Shown here: in pieces, positions 22,801 to 33,868 of the stretch
How positions within the stretch are numbered: position 1 is the first letter of the stretch
Layout of the letters: each line of letters begins with the position of its first letter
NCBI GenBank assembly: GCA_977020255.1
Contig: CDROCS010005499.1
Location: 1-64,000, forward strand
DNA length: 64,000 bases
Source: Obrimoposthia wandeli
Lineage: Eukaryota
Direction: 5' to 3'
Notes under the pieces: generated by a model
The model's input: the letters and a program-made list of their open reading frames with translations, nothing else
The model's database searches: none
Told to the model about the DNA's origin: nothing
Translations under genes and position numbers: made by a program

Positions 22801-24655
22801 TACATGCGTTATGCAGCATAGAGAAATCAAGAATCCAATACACTGTGCCATTGGCTTTAACGACTTGGTAAGGTGATTCACCAATTACACGCAAGCCAAG
22901 GTTTTCCAGCATTGGCATAACGTCAGACAAGTGAATGGGCTCGTCACGGTGGAAAAGCTTCAACTTAACAAAGTGTGAATCGTTCGCTTCTTCTTGAGGG
23001 CGATAAAACAACATGCCTAGCTTGTTGTCTTCACTTAGGCTTTCTAGCTGTTCGATATCAGCCACGGCAGAACCTGGCAGCATTTCTTCTTTGTATGAAC
23101 GTGGGAAAGCACGTGAATAGCTCTTACCAAGTGGAATACCTTTACTTTCACCGAAATTAGCAATTAACGAGTTGCTTAAACGATCTTCCCAAGAAGCCGC
23201 AGCCTCAACAAGGTTGTGTTCAATGGCTTTCGCATCGATATTGAAATTATTATTTTTAACTCGCACGATATAATGGGTTCTCGCTAATGAACTTTCAGAG
23301 AAGAACGTTGTAAATTCAACAGTCTGCTCAGAGCCAAAGTAGTCTTTAAGAATTTCCTGTGTTTTACTGCGAAGTTCGGTGTTATAGCGCTCTTTTGTTA
23401 CGTAAACCATACACGAGAAGAAACGACCGAATGGGTCACGTCGTACGAATAATCGTAGCAAATCACGATCTTGCATTTGAACAACACCACAACCCACATC
23501 TAGCATTTCTTTTTCATTTGCTTGAATGAGTTCATCGCGAGGATAGGTTTCGAGTAAATTATTTAACGCCTTCCACGAATGTGAACCTTCGGTATAGCCG
23601 CTCGCCTCAAGAATACGTGAAACGCGATCTCGAATCAGTGGAATATTCAGTGCACTCTGGTGGTAAGCCGTTGACGCGTAAAGCCCCACAAAGCGATGTT
23701 CACCAATAACATTGCCTTTATCATCAAAGCGTTTAATTCCAATATAATCAACATAAGCAGGACGGTGGATTTTTGATTTACCGTTGCTTTTGGTTAGAAT
23801 CAAAATGTCGTGCTTACGGGCTTCGATACGGGCTGATTCTGGTAAATCAGATAATAGTAAGCAATGCTCTTTATCTGTCTTATTTAATAGCCCTAAACCA
23901 CTTTCATCACTTGGACAAAGCTTGTAATCCCCTTCTATAGGGTTTAAATCATATTGGTGATAACCCATGAACATGAAGTTATGGCGGGTTAACCAATTAA
24001 TAAATTCGACAGCTTCTTCACGATGAACATTGTTTACTGGTAAATCTGCAGTTTTAAGATCCTGAGCAATGCCTTGCATCTTATCTTGCATTGCCTGCCA
24101 ATCGTTCACAACCAGATCAATATCGCTTAGCACTTGTTTTAATTCTTTTTTGAGTGCTTGCATTTCTTCTTTGCTGGTTAGGCGATCCACTTCAATATGG
24201 AAAAGTGTTTGGTAATCTCCCTGCTTACCGCATGCTTCTACAATATTGCCGTCTTCATCACGCTTGAAGAAGTACGGACCATTGAGCATAAGGTGGCTAG
24301 TAATATCTAGACGGTTCAATGTCATTCGCACTGAATCAACAAGGAACGGACAATCAGGCGTGACAATTTCAACCACAGTATGTGTTGACTGCCATCCGTA
24401 TCGACTAAGTGTTGGGTTATATACTCGAACAGAGCTTTGTTCAGGTTTGTTTTGCATCAAATGGTGCCATAAGCTAAGTACAGCACCATATAAATCAGAT
24501 TCATTCCGTTGAAGCAGATCATCATCTGCCAGTTGCCCTAACAATCGTTGAGCAAAAACATCCACTAATGACTGCTGAGGGGCTTCTATCTTATTCTGGA
24601 TTAAGCCATATACCTTCTCAAGCAGTACCGGCACTATCGGATCGGGTGCGGTCAT
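19826..24655 (-). CDS. gdhB: Large NAD-specific glutamate dehydrogenase (GDH2 family)
   Basis: 1609 aa; GGKVARGGLRWSDR, VPVGAKGGF, DDPYLVVAADKGTATFSD, GIGDMAGDVFGNG. Confidence 0.95.
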   Translation of the reverse strand: MTAPDPIVPVLLEKVYGLIQNKIEAPQQSLVDVFAQRLLGQLADDDLLQRNESDLYGAVLSLWHHLMQNKPEQSSVRVYNPTLSRYGWQSTHTVVEIVTPDCPFLVDSVRMTLNRLDITSHLMLNGPYFFKRDEDGNIVEACGKQGDYQTLFHIEVDRLTSKEEMQALKKELKQVLSDIDLVVNDWQAMQDKMQGIAQDLKTADLPVNNVHREEAVEFINWLTRHNFMFMGYHQYDLNPIEGDYKLCPSDESGLGLLNKTDKEHCLLLSDLPESARIEARKHDILILTKSNGKSKIHRPAYVDYIGIKRFDDKGNVIGEHRFVGLYASTAYHQSALNIPLIRDRVSRILEASGYTEGSHSWKALNNLLETYPRDELIQANEKEMLDVGCGVVQMQDRDLLRLFVRRDPFGRFFSCMVYVTKERYNTELRSKTQEILKDYFGSEQTVEFTTFFSESSLARTHYIVRVKNNNFNIDAKAIEHNLVEAAASWEDRLSNSLIANFGESKGIPLGKSYSRAFPRSYKEEMLPGSAVADIEQLESLSEDNKLGMLFYRPQEEANDSHFVKLKLFHRDEPIHLSDVMPMLENLGLRVIGESPYQVVKANGTVYWILDFSMLHNACTGIDLSEARDRFQDAFSSIWHGNLESDGFNRLVLCAGLTGREITVIRSYARYMRQVGFPFSQHYIEETLSSHSDLARDLVKLFTLRFEPKKKYSPKAKQDLIKKLHDKLDRVESLDDDRIIRRYMDMILATQRTNYYQTDENGNAKPWLSLKLRPSEIPEIPAPVPFFEIFVYAPDIEGVHLRGGKVARGGLRWSDRQEDFRTEILGLVKAQQVKNTVIVPVGAKGGFICKRQPQMTTREEIWNEGQRCYKRFIRALLDVTDNIVDGELMPPVNVVRHDEDDPYLVVAADKGTATFSDLANSVSDDYNFWLGDAFASGGSNGYDHKQMGITAKGGWESVKRHFRELGIDCQSTDFTCVGIGDMAGDVFGNGMLLSKHTRLVAAFNHMHIFLDPNPDAAKTWEERDRLFNLPRSSWEDYDKSLISEGGAIFSRRSKSIKLTPPIQKLLGTRKQSVPPNELIGLILRMEVDLLWNGGIGTYVKASTETHTDVGDRANDGLRINGGELRAKVIGEGGNLGMTQLGRVEFAKTGGLVNTDFVDNVGGVDCSDNEVNIKILLNSLVAGGDLTYKQRNEVLESMEDEVGEIVLDDAYCQSESISVTQQQHVQLLKEQIRFIHHLERVGKLDRALEYLPDDETLAEREKSGMGLTRPELAVLVAYGKMVLKEDLVSDEIANDPYHARLLPAYFPKQLKEKYRAQMEQHPLRKELIATSLANQMSNEMGCNFVTRLQEETGATVVEISSAYSVGREVFRFDTFFSQIRELDNKVAAEVQYEMLYRCRRMLRRATRWILRNRERKLAIEQQIALYQPILNTLQENLESYLVTGEVEEHDDQANVMIEQGVPAELAHNIARLTSLYSAMDIAQIAKELDKDIDHISRVYFVVGSKLSLHWFLQQVHNQPVENHWQALARASFREDLDWQQRQLTSAVITSNQNGETAEESIERWMETHKAAIHRWNSVLAEFKVGTAHEFAKFSVALRELMLLNLNCRPNT

Positions 24656-25039
24656 AGCAATTGCTCCATCATTATTATGTTTATAGTTCAGTATAGGGGG
24701 TTTAAACGCTTTAGCGTGATAGCTATTGTAGGGGGTTTTGTTGCGAAATGGTTACGTTAATTGCACTATAAAGAGAAGAAAGAATCGAATATGTGACTAA
24801 GGTTAAGATTTTGACTGGCGGTTCTATCTAGCTGAATGCATATAAGCAGTAAGCCACTTTTTTTACCTTAGCCATTGGTCTAACCATTTATTTCATATAT
24901 CAATTTTTCTAATGGCGAGAATGAATTTTTTGAGGGAAACCTCTACACGACATAAATAAATAGACAATCACAATGGGTGAATACTTATTTAAATGTTAAT
25001 AAGTTGATGTTACGAAACAGGCAATGAAGAATACTTAAT

Positions 25040-25270
25040 TTAGATCTGTTCTATCTTTTCAAATTTATTTTGTGTGTTCACTACAATTCTAAAACGGCCT
25101 CTTACACCTAATTGGCTCAAGAATGGACGAAAGCGCGAGGCTGGCAGTTGAAGTTTCAGTCCACTATCTGTTACGACCAGTACCGTACTAGCTGCACCAG
25201 AATAATGGTTAAGATAAGACTGGTAGCTAATGTTCATCGAAAATGTATACGTCGTCATGGCACCATACAA
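25040..25270 (-). CDS. DUF2835 family protein
   Basis: LQLPASRFRPFLSQLGVRGRF motif; between pepN and gdh. Confidence 0.8.
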   Translation of the reverse strand: MYGAMTTYTFSMNISYQSYLNHYSGAASTVLVVTDSGLKLQLPASRFRPFLSQLGVRGRFRIVVNTQNKFEKIEQI

Positions 25271-25426
25271 AAATAAAAGAAAGATAAAAAAGAAACAAAC
25301 AAAAAGATCATACCTATCTGGATAAGTAGATGATCATAAAATAAGAGCCTCTTAGTTAGAGGCCCTCATTAGATCGTTATTATGTAAACGTTACTATTAT
25401 ACAAACACGATTAAGGCACCAGGTGC

Positions 25427-28054
25427 TTATTGATCCAACGCCTTCTGCACTTTTTCGAATAGATCGTTAGCGAGGTTTTCAAGCTTCGCTAATTTTTCTA
25501 ATTCTGCGCGCATTAATCCCTGACGCTGCTCATCATATACACGGTATTTCAAGAATGGTTCAATCAAGCGAGAAGCAAGCTGTGGGTTACTTGCGTTCAA
25601 TGCCGTTAGAATCTCGGTCAAGAACGCATAACCTAAGCCGTTCTTTGCATGGAAGCTAACTGGGTTATTAGCACAAAAGCTTGCAACCAAGTTACGGGTT
25701 CGATTCGGGTTTTTCAAATCGAATGCTGGATGAGACATTGTTTTACGCACATTAGCCAGTGAATCTGCCGCAGGGTTTGCACCTTGTAACATGAACCACT
25801 TATCCATTACCAAGCCATCATGTGTCCATTTATCACTGAAGTCTGTCATTTGCTCTGCACGGCATGGTAATTCTGCATTATTTGCAGCAGCCATTGATGC
25901 CATGGTATCTGTCATATTATCTGAAGACACATATTGCTCGGCAACTAACTTGTTACCTTCTTCAGTATGAGCAAGATAAGAAAGGCAACGGTTACGCAGT
26001 GCGCGTTTAGCCATTGCTTCATGAGCTAAATTATACTCGCCTTGAGGAAGAGAGCGATAAATGGCAGTAAGTTCATCTTCCAATGCCAGCGCTAAGATCG
26101 CAGTGATCTTTCCTGAAACCACATTGATCGCATCAACATCAACGATCTTATACCAACCAGCAATCTCATTTTCACTTGGTAATGCCAGCATTTCGGCAAT
26201 GAATGCAGGATCCAGATTTTCATCCAATAACGCACCACGGAAAGCATCAATTACAGATTCAGGAAGTTCAACGTCTTTACCCTGCTGCACATTGGCAATA
26301 TTTGCACGAATGTACTTAGCAAGTAGCATTTGACCCGCATCCCAACGTGCAAACTCGTTACGCGCATGCACCATCAAGAACACTAACTCTTCATCAGAAT
26401 AACCGTATTCCAATACAACGGGCGCAGAAAATTCACGGAGTAATGAAATAACGGGTTTTTCATTTACATTATCGAATTCAAAGACTTGCTTAGCTTCAGT
26501 AACATTAAGTACGTGATTAATTGGCTCGCCATTACACTGTAACGCAATAACATTACCTACGCTGTCATATAATTCAATGTCCATTGGGATATGAAGCGGT
26601 AGTTTGTCGTCTTGCCCAGCTGTTGGTGCTGTATTTTGCTCGATCGTGACAAGGTAACGTTTCTGTTCTGCGTTATAATCGGTTGTCACCGTTACGATAG
26701 GTGTACCCGCTTGGCTGTACCAACGACGGAATAGAGTAAGATCAACACCCGATGCATCTTCCATTGCTTGTGCAAAATCATCACATGTTGCCGCTGTACC
26801 ATCATGGCGCTCAAAGTACAGTGTGATACCTGCTTGGAATTTCTCTTCACCCAATAAAGTATGCATCATTCGAATGACTTCACTGCCCTTCTCATACACG
26901 GTTAACGTATAGAAGTTATTCATCTCAATCACTTTTTCAGGGCGAATGGGATGAGACATAGGGCCACGATCTTCAGCAAATTGAGGACCACGCATAATAC
27001 GGACATTTTGAATACGATTAACGGCACGAGAACCAAGATCAGAAGAGAATTCTTGATCGCGGAAAACCGTTAGCCCTTCTTTTAAACTTAACTGGAACCA
27101 GTCACGACAAGTAACACGGTTACCCGTCCAGTTGTGGAAATACTCATGACCGATTACCGCTTCAATACCTTGATAGTCTGTATCTGTTGCTGTTTTTGAA
27201 TTGGCTAAAACAAACTTAGAGTTAAAGACGTTTAAGCCTTTGTTCTCCATTGCGCCCATGTTGAAGAAATCAACAGCGACAATCATGTAGATATCAAGAT
27301 CATATTCTAAGCCGAAACGTTCTTCGTCCCACTTCATTGAATTGATCAGTGAAGCCATCGCGTAATCTGCACGATCAAGATTACCTTTATCAACGAATAT
27401 TTCTAACTCAACATCACGACCGCTCATGGTTGTGAATTTATCACGCAGTACATCGAAGTCACCGGCAACAAGTGCAAACAGGTAAGAAGGTTTTGGGAAT
27501 GGGTCTTGCCACTGTACCCAATGTCGGCCATTGTCTAAATCACCTTCAGCAACACGGTTACCGTTACTTAATAAGTATGGGAAGTTTACTTTATCGGCAA
27601 TCACTTTTGTCGTGAAACGAGCAAGTACATCAGGACGATCAAGATAATAAGTAATTCGACGGAAACCCTCAGCTTCACACTGAGTACAAAAACCACCACC
27701 CGACTTATACAAACCTTCAAGCAATGTATTAGCTTCTGGGTTTACTAAGGTTTCGATTGTAAGATCAAAACTTGCAGGTAAACCGCGTAACGTGAGTAAT
27801 GAATCTGACACATCATAATCAGACCATGCTGTGCCATTTACTTCTACGCGAACTAACTCTAACCCATCACCATTTAAGACTAACGCCGCATCGGTTTCGA
27901 CTTGGCGAACAACCTTGCTGACTGCAACAATGTGTGTTGCTGTATCATGCAGATCAAATTCAAAATCAATATCGGTAATTGTATAGTCTGGCTTTATGTA
28001 ATCTGCACGGTACTTTGCTTTAGGGCTTGCTGTTTGTGTCGATAATTCGCTCAT
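25427..28054 (-). CDS. pepN: Aminopeptidase N
   Basis: GAMENK and HEYFH…LSLKEG M1 peptidase motifs. Confidence 0.98.
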   Translation of the reverse strand: MSELSTQTASPKAKYRADYIKPDYTITDIDFEFDLHDTATHIVAVSKVVRQVETDAALVLNGDGLELVRVEVNGTAWSDYDVSDSLLTLRGLPASFDLTIETLVNPEANTLLEGLYKSGGGFCTQCEAEGFRRITYYLDRPDVLARFTTKVIADKVNFPYLLSNGNRVAEGDLDNGRHWVQWQDPFPKPSYLFALVAGDFDVLRDKFTTMSGRDVELEIFVDKGNLDRADYAMASLINSMKWDEERFGLEYDLDIYMIVAVDFFNMGAMENKGLNVFNSKFVLANSKTATDTDYQGIEAVIGHEYFHNWTGNRVTCRDWFQLSLKEGLTVFRDQEFSSDLGSRAVNRIQNVRIMRGPQFAEDRGPMSHPIRPEKVIEMNNFYTLTVYEKGSEVIRMMHTLLGEEKFQAGITLYFERHDGTAATCDDFAQAMEDASGVDLTLFRRWYSQAGTPIVTVTTDYNAEQKRYLVTIEQNTAPTAGQDDKLPLHIPMDIELYDSVGNVIALQCNGEPINHVLNVTEAKQVFEFDNVNEKPVISLLREFSAPVVLEYGYSDEELVFLMVHARNEFARWDAGQMLLAKYIRANIANVQQGKDVELPESVIDAFRGALLDENLDPAFIAEMLALPSENEIAGWYKIVDVDAINVVSGKITAILALALEDELTAIYRSLPQGEYNLAHEAMAKRALRNRCLSYLAHTEEGNKLVAEQYVSSDNMTDTMASMAAANNAELPCRAEQMTDFSDKWTHDGLVMDKWFMLQGANPAADSLANVRKTMSHPAFDLKNPNRTRNLVASFCANNPVSFHAKNGLGYAFLTEILTALNASNPQLASRLIEPFLKYRVYDEQRQGLMRAELEKLAKLENLANDLFEKVQKALDQ

Positions 28055-28375
28055 TCTTTTTTATTCCTTTGTTATCCGCTAGAACAAGAAGTCCTCATTC
28101 TAAACGACTGACGCCTGTCATTATTATTCTGCCTTTATGGCACTCAAACAAGAATTAATGTCAACTATACTCGTAAACCCATGCTTTTGTCGCTTCAGTG
28201 CGTAATAAATCAGCTAAAAATAAAGACTTAGTTCAGCTTATTGTTAAACGCACCGTTGAAATAGCTCTTTCTCGTTCAATATGAACTGAGATTGCATTTA
28301 TTTTTCATATTTCTTATCAAATCAGGCTCAAAATAATGTAAAATTTCCGGATTGCATTAAACAGCAGCATTAGAT

Positions 28376-29593
28376 ATGAATCACACAAAACTCATTGGGA
28401 TTATTGACTCCCTACTTGATACCGATGCGTATAAGCTGCACATGCAGCAAGCGATTTATCATCAATATCCACACGTAGAAGCCGTTGCTGAATTCCATTG
28501 CCGAAGTAAGGAAGACCTGCGTCCTTACGCTAAGGCAGTTCAAGCACAGATTCAGCACATCTCGACATTGTCATTTGCGCAAGAAGAATTAGATTACCTT
28601 GCGTCACTCTCTTTCTTCAAGAAAGATTACCTTACTTATTTAAAAGACTTTTCACTCAACAGTGAACAAGTAACGGTAGATGATTCAGGCGATCAACTTT
28701 CAATCAAAATTAAAGGCAAATGGATTGATATCATTTTATGGGAAGTTCCACTACTTGCTATCATTTGCGAAATTCGTTCATCCCTTTGTTACCCAGACTC
28801 AACAGCAGATGACGCGATTGCACAGCTTAAAACTAAAATTGAACGCTTTTACCAAAATGCTAAAACGTTAGATAATGAAACACAAACAGTCACAGATTTA
28901 AGTCAATTTGACCTCATTGATTTTGGTAGCCGTCGACGTTTCTCTAAAGAGGTACATCATAAAGTTGTCGATTATTTAGCAGAAAACGTACCTGAGTTTA
29001 AAGGCACATCGAATTACCACTTGGCTCGCACTCGTGGTTTAACGCCTTTTGGTACACAAGCACATGAATGGTTTCAAGCTCACCAACAATTAACCGGTGA
29101 ACTTGCTGATTCACAACAGTTAGCATTAAATCGTTGGCTAGAAGAATACCCTGATTCATTGGGTATTGCCCTTACCGATTGCATTAATACCGACGCGTTT
29201 TTACGTGACTTTAACCTAGTGTTATCTGAACGTTTCGTCGGTTTACGCCACGATAGCGGTGACCCAATTGCTTGGGGTGAAAAAGCCATTAAGCATTATG
29301 AATCTTTGGGCATTGATTTAAAGACAAAGTCTTTAATATTTTCAGATAGCTTAACATTGGATAAAGCACTTTGTATTTACAAACACTTTGCTCATCGTAT
29401 TTCTGTTAGCTTTGGTATTGGTACACAACTAACGTGTGATTTACCGGGTGTTGAAACATTGAATGTTGTGCTAAAGCTGACGCAATGTGAAGGGCGACCT
29501 GTGGCTAAAATATCTGATGAGCCAGGTAAAATTATGTGTCGTGATGAAAATTATTTAGCACAGCTTCGCCAAGCATTTAAAATAGCGAACTAA
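28376..29593 (+). CDS. pncB: Nicotinate phosphoribosyltransferase
   Basis: [32 protein letters not shown]. Confidence 0.96.
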   Translation: MNHTKLIGIIDSLLDTDAYKLHMQQAIYHQYPHVEAVAEFHCRSKEDLRPYAKAVQAQIQHISTLSFAQEELDYLASLSFFKKDYLTYLKDFSLNSEQVTVDDSGDQLSIKIKGKWIDIILWEVPLLAIICEIRSSLCYPDSTADDAIAQLKTKIERFYQNAKTLDNETQTVTDLSQFDLIDFGSRRRFSKEVHHKVVDYLAENVPEFKGTSNYHLARTRGLTPFGTQAHEWFQAHQQLTGELADSQQLALNRWLEEYPDSLGIALTDCINTDAFLRDFNLVLSERFVGLRHDSGDPIAWGEKAIKHYESLGIDLKTKSLIFSDSLTLDKALCIYKHFAHRISVSFGIGTQLTCDLPGVETLNVVLKLTQCEGRPVAKISDEPGKIMCRDENYLAQLRQAFKIAN

Positions 29594-29624
29594 ACTCGAC
29601 TTAGTTTTTAACGGGATCAGACAT

Positions 29625-29654
29625 AAAAAACTCGTCATAAAGACGAGTTTTTTT
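29625..29654. terminator. Bidirectional terminator
   Basis: AAAAAACTCGTC-ataaa-GACGAGTTTTTTT. Confidence 0.85.
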
Positions 29655-29680
29655 ATCTGCATGGTATTTTATCTATAACA

Positions 29681-30343
29681 CTATTCTCGCTGCATAACGG
29701 CTTCCATACCAAATTGCTGATTGGATAATGTTAACGTGTCTGAACCTAATAAAAACTGGCTGTCTTGCTGGCCACCTTCATAAATTAAAACAATATGATC
29801 ATCTTCCAAATAATAAATTCCACGGTGCTCTTTCTTTTTGCCCTCATTGTTCGATACTTCAGCCGAAAATAAGAAGTCAGGCCGTAATGAAATAGATAAT
29901 TCAGAAATACCTTCTGCAACGTCTTTCCCTGAAATTTTCGATGAACGCCATTCACCCGGTAAATTTTCAGGCGCTAATTTAGTGAATCGAGCACCATCTA
30001 AAATAAACTGATTATAGGTAAGCATATAATTATGATTTTGTTCTAGCTGACCTTCAGAAGAAAAAACAATATTCGTTTCATCAACATCGTATTTACCCGC
30101 CCACTCATCAACCGAGCCATCAACACGCAATAACCGAATAACAAAATTATAAGACGACTTAAATTTAATATTCATCGCCCGATAACTTTCTCCCTCACTT
30201 TCAATACCATCATCACTGGTGCTAAACCAATACCAATCACCTAATAATAACGGGTAATCAAATTCAGTCAGATCATCGGCAACAGAGTGAACACTGAAGC
30301 TGCTAAACAAAAGTATAAAAGCTATCATATACGATTTATACAT
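29681..30343 (-). CDS. Exported hypothetical protein with an internal duplication (lipocalin-like halves)
   Basis: Signal peptide; halves LLGDW… and LPGEW… with parallel G-x-Y-x-x-D motifs. Confidence 0.6.
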   Translation of the reverse strand: MYKSYMIAFILLFSSFSVHSVADDLTEFDYPLLLGDWYWFSTSDDGIESEGESYRAMNIKFKSSYNFVIRLLRVDGSVDEWAGKYDVDETNIVFSSEGQLEQNHNYMLTYNQFILDGARFTKLAPENLPGEWRSSKISGKDVAEGISELSISLRPDFLFSAEVSNNEGKKKEHRGIYYLEDDHIVLIYEGGQQDSQFLLGSDTLTLSNQQFGMEAVMQRE

Positions 30344-30526
30344 GTCTCACTCCCGAAAAAAAGACCTATATAAACTTTAGATGCCAATGCCCTTTTTTGC
30401 TTAAAAATATGATTTTCATCGCAGAATAAACTTGGGGTTTCTCAGTTATAAGACAACCATTATCGATAGAAAGAAGAAGGGGAAAATGTTACATAATCAG
30501 CAGGCTGTCAGCTATTGGCACAAATA

Positions 30527-30558
30527 AAAACGGCACTGCTTTTAAACAGTGCCGTTTT
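30527..30558 (-). terminator. Terminator after prc
   Basis: AAAACGGCACTG…CAGTGCCGTTTT. Confidence 0.8.
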
Positions 30559-30575
30559 ATAATGTATTACTGACG

Positions 30576-32576
30576 TTAGCTTTGGACGTTAACTAAATCT
30601 GCTGTTATATCGACAGCTTCATCAAGGTAAGCATCTGGTGACTCATAATCTTTCGGCACATCTTCCAGTGTAGCAAAAGGTTTTTTACCTAACACTTTCT
30701 GGCGCTTATTCAAACGTGCTAATCGTTTACTGTCTGCTTTATCTTGTTCATCAATACGCGTTTTCTCATTCAAAGAAATGGTATTAATATCTTTATCCTT
30801 TTTATATTCTTGAATGTCATCAAGAATATAACCGAATTCCATATCTTTACTTATGCGTTGCTCATGCTTCGCTTTTAAAGAAGGCAATATTGGGGAATAG
30901 TTTGTTAGCTTTTGGTAGCTTGCAGGTTTAATGCTATCCCAAGGTAAAGCGTTATCTTCAACGCTCTCACCCGTTTCAGCAGGATCTACCGCCGTTGGGA
31001 AAGCAATGTCAGGCACAACACCTAAATTCTGAGTACTACCACCGTTGATACGGTAGAATTTCTGAATGGTATATTGGACATGACCTAAAGGCTTATCAAA
31101 TAAATCATAAATATGATTCAGTGAACGATGCTGCTGAACAGTCCCCTTACCAAAAGATTGCTCGCCAAGTACAACAGCTCGACCATAGTCTTGTGTTGCG
31201 GCTGCAAAAATTTCAGAAGCCGATGCACTGTATCGATTTTGCAATACGGTTAATGGACCATCAAAATAAACGCGATCATCAGAATCACCATTTACTTTTA
31301 CACGACCATAACTGTCACGAACTTGAACAACCGGACCACTGTTTATAAATAAACCGGTTAATGCTGTTGCCTCTGTAAGCGCACCACCACCATTATTACG
31401 AAGATCAATAACCACACCATCAACTTGAGATTCGTTTAGTTTTGCGATCTCTTTTTTCGTGTCTTCAGCCAAACCAACGTAGAAACTAGGCACTTCAATG
31501 ACACCTATTTTCTTACTGCCGACTGTTTTCACTTCAGATTTCACAGCTCTATCTTCTAAACGGATTTTATCACGCACAATAGTTACATCGTAACTTTTGG
31601 CATTTTTTCCTTCTGGAAGAACCTCAAGCTTAACCTTGCTGCCTTTAGGGCCTTTAATCAACTGAACAACATCATCAAGACGCCAGCCGATTACATCGAC
31701 AACGCTTTTTCCATCTTGCGCAACACCAATAATTCGGTCGCCTGCAGCAAGTTTTTTAGATGATGATGCAGGGCCACCAGCAACAAGTGAACGAATAACA
31801 GTATAATCATCAACAACTTGAAGTACAGCACCGATCCCTTCCAAAGATAGGTTCATCTCTGATTGGAATTGTTCTGCATTACGAGGAGATAAATAACTGG
31901 TATGCGGATCAACTTCGCGTGCAAATGCATTCATGTAAATTTGAAATACATCTTCACTATGAGTTTGTGTGAGACGTTTTAACGCATTGTTATAACGCTT
32001 GCTCAAAGTTTCTTTAATTTCTTTCCAATCTTTATCTGCAAGTTTCAAATTTAACGCATCGTATTTTACACGTTGACGCCAAATTTCATTCAATGCATTA
32101 CGATCTGCAGCCCAATCCAATTCTGAACGATCGACAACAAAGTCATCATTAGTATCGAATTTGATTTCGTTATCGAGCAGTGTTAATGCATATTGATAGC
32201 GATCATAACGACGTTGAAGCACTTTATTGAAAATTTCAAAAGCCCCCGATGTATCACCGACTTTAAGTTGGTCATCGAGTTGGTTTTGCCATTTTTCAAG
32301 TAGCCTAACATCAGCCGCAGTAAGGAAGCTTTTGTTGAAGTCCAACATTTCGACATAACGATCGAACATGTCAGAAGAAAATTGATCATCAAGAGAGAAT
32401 TGCTTGTAGTGCGAACGTGTAAACCGCGAAGCAACTCTTTTACTTGCCGTTGCATGCTGCTTTTCAGGCGCAAGTTGTGGCAAATCACTTAATAAATACT
32501 TAGCCTCTAGGGCTTGCGCTGAGGCTGCCAGCATCATGCCAGCAGCGATCAGGGAAAAACGGAATCGACAGTTCAT
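30576..32576 (-). CDS. prc: Tail-specific protease Prc
   Basis: PDZ domain, DLRNNGGG, SASASEIFA, SFGKGTVQ. Confidence 0.97.
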   Translation of the reverse strand: MNCRFRFSLIAAGMMLAASAQALEAKYLLSDLPQLAPEKQHATASKRVASRFTRSHYKQFSLDDQFSSDMFDRYVEMLDFNKSFLTAADVRLLEKWQNQLDDQLKVGDTSGAFEIFNKVLQRRYDRYQYALTLLDNEIKFDTNDDFVVDRSELDWAADRNALNEIWRQRVKYDALNLKLADKDWKEIKETLSKRYNNALKRLTQTHSEDVFQIYMNAFAREVDPHTSYLSPRNAEQFQSEMNLSLEGIGAVLQVVDDYTVIRSLVAGGPASSSKKLAAGDRIIGVAQDGKSVVDVIGWRLDDVVQLIKGPKGSKVKLEVLPEGKNAKSYDVTIVRDKIRLEDRAVKSEVKTVGSKKIGVIEVPSFYVGLAEDTKKEIAKLNESQVDGVVIDLRNNGGGALTEATALTGLFINSGPVVQVRDSYGRVKVNGDSDDRVYFDGPLTVLQNRYSASASEIFAAATQDYGRAVVLGEQSFGKGTVQQHRSLNHIYDLFDKPLGHVQYTIQKFYRINGGSTQNLGVVPDIAFPTAVDPAETGESVEDNALPWDSIKPASYQKLTNYSPILPSLKAKHEQRISKDMEFGYILDDIQEYKKDKDINTISLNEKTRIDEQDKADSKRLARLNKRQKVLGKKPFATLEDVPKDYESPDAYLDEAVDITADLVNVQS

Positions 32577-32593
32577 GCGTCGAGCATTCTCCT

Positions 32594-33238
32594 TTACGAA
32601 CGCAGGTGCTCCATTTTTACAACCATGGTCAAACCATTGGTTAAACGAACACGCACATCGTCCTTGTTAAATTCAACGATAGATGCCGGCATATTACCAG
32701 AGCCCATATTCACTAAAACATCGTTGCCAACTTTTACTTCATCAGCTGTTAAAGCACGGGATGTATCTGCAGGCTTTTTATCTAGCTTAGACGTTTTTGG
32801 CTTACTGTTCTTAGGTTTAGCTGATTTAACGTGATTTTTATTTGTTTTCACTTCGCCATCTTTGCTTGCAGCTGCTTTAGCAACTGCTTGCTCTTTACGA
32901 CGAGCACGAACTTTAGCTTTGCTTTCTTCAAGGGCTTTTTGTGCGTGTTCTACGTGTTCTTGCTCTAGAACGCCACATTCATTGCCATCAAGGTCAACAC
33001 GGTTTACACCGGCTTTTACTCCATGAAGATAACGCCAAGAAGATGTGTATTGACGTAGTGCAGTACGTAATTGTGTTTTACTTACTTTTTCATCTTCATT
33101 TAAGCGTTCAGCTAAATCTTGGAAGATACCAATCTTAAGTGGCTTAGCTTCACCTTCAATAGTAAAACATTTTGGGAAACGCTCAGCAATGTATGCAATA
33201 ACTTCTTTACTGTTCGTTAACTTTTCAGAGTTTTCCAT
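32594..33238 (-). CDS. proQ: RNA chaperone ProQ
   Basis: [11 protein letters not shown]…[11 protein letters not shown] FinO domain plus C-terminal Tudor-like domain. Confidence 0.97.
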   Translation of the reverse strand: MENSEKLTNSKEVIAYIAERFPKCFTIEGEAKPLKIGIFQDLAERLNEDEKVSKTQLRTALRQYTSSWRYLHGVKAGVNRVDLDGNECGVLEQEHVEHAQKALEESKAKVRARRKEQAVAKAAASKDGEVKTNKNHVKSAKPKNSKPKTSKLDKKPADTSRALTADEVKVGNDVLVNMGSGNMPASIVEFNKDDVRVRLTNGLTMVVKMEHLRS

Positions 33239-33347
33239 GGAGTTTCCTGACATAAAACGAGAGATCTCGCTGTGTGTACTGTGATCAAAAAGAAATAGTG
33301 TCGCTATTATAGTTACCTAACGATGAAAAACCACCGAAAGCATGCAA

Positions 33348-33806
33348 TTAGAGGATTTTTTGTAGTTCTTTCACAAAAGACACTAGTCCTTCTTCATCAT
33401 TTTGGTCAAATCTTGACATACTTGGGCTATCAATATCCAAAACGCCAATTAATTCTCCTTTAACAGTTAATGGTATTACAATTTCAGAATTGCTTTCTGC
33501 ATCACAAGCAATGTGTCCTGGGAAGTCATGTACATCAGAAACACGTTGTACCTTGTTTTCTGAGATAGCCGTTCCACATACTCCTCGCCCAACAGGAATA
33601 CGTACACATGCGACTTTCCCTTGAAATGGACCAAGTACTAACTGGTCGCCTTTAAGTAAATAAAAGCCTACCCAGTTAATATCTTCTAACTCCATATTCA
33701 GTAACGCACTAATATTAGAGATATTAGCAATAAAATCAGGCTCACCTTCAGTCAGTGCAATGGCCTGCTGAGTTAATCTTTTATAGAACGCGCTCTTCTT
33801 TTCCAT
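33348..33806 (-). CDS. msrC: GAF-domain free Met-(R)-sulfoxide reductase (YebR/MsrC)
   Basis: NWVGFY, GPFQGKVACVRI, GRGVCG, HIACD, DIDSP. Confidence 0.9.
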   Translation of the reverse strand: MEKKSAFYKRLTQQAIALTEGEPDFIANISNISALLNMELEDINWVGFYLLKGDQLVLGPFQGKVACVRIPVGRGVCGTAISENKVQRVSDVHDFPGHIACDAESNSEIVIPLTVKGELIGVLDIDSPSMSRFDQNDEEGLVSFVKELQKIL

Positions 33807-33868
33807 GGCTTACTCCTTATATAGCCGTTAATATAGCCATCCAACTAATAATAGGAATCATTATCACC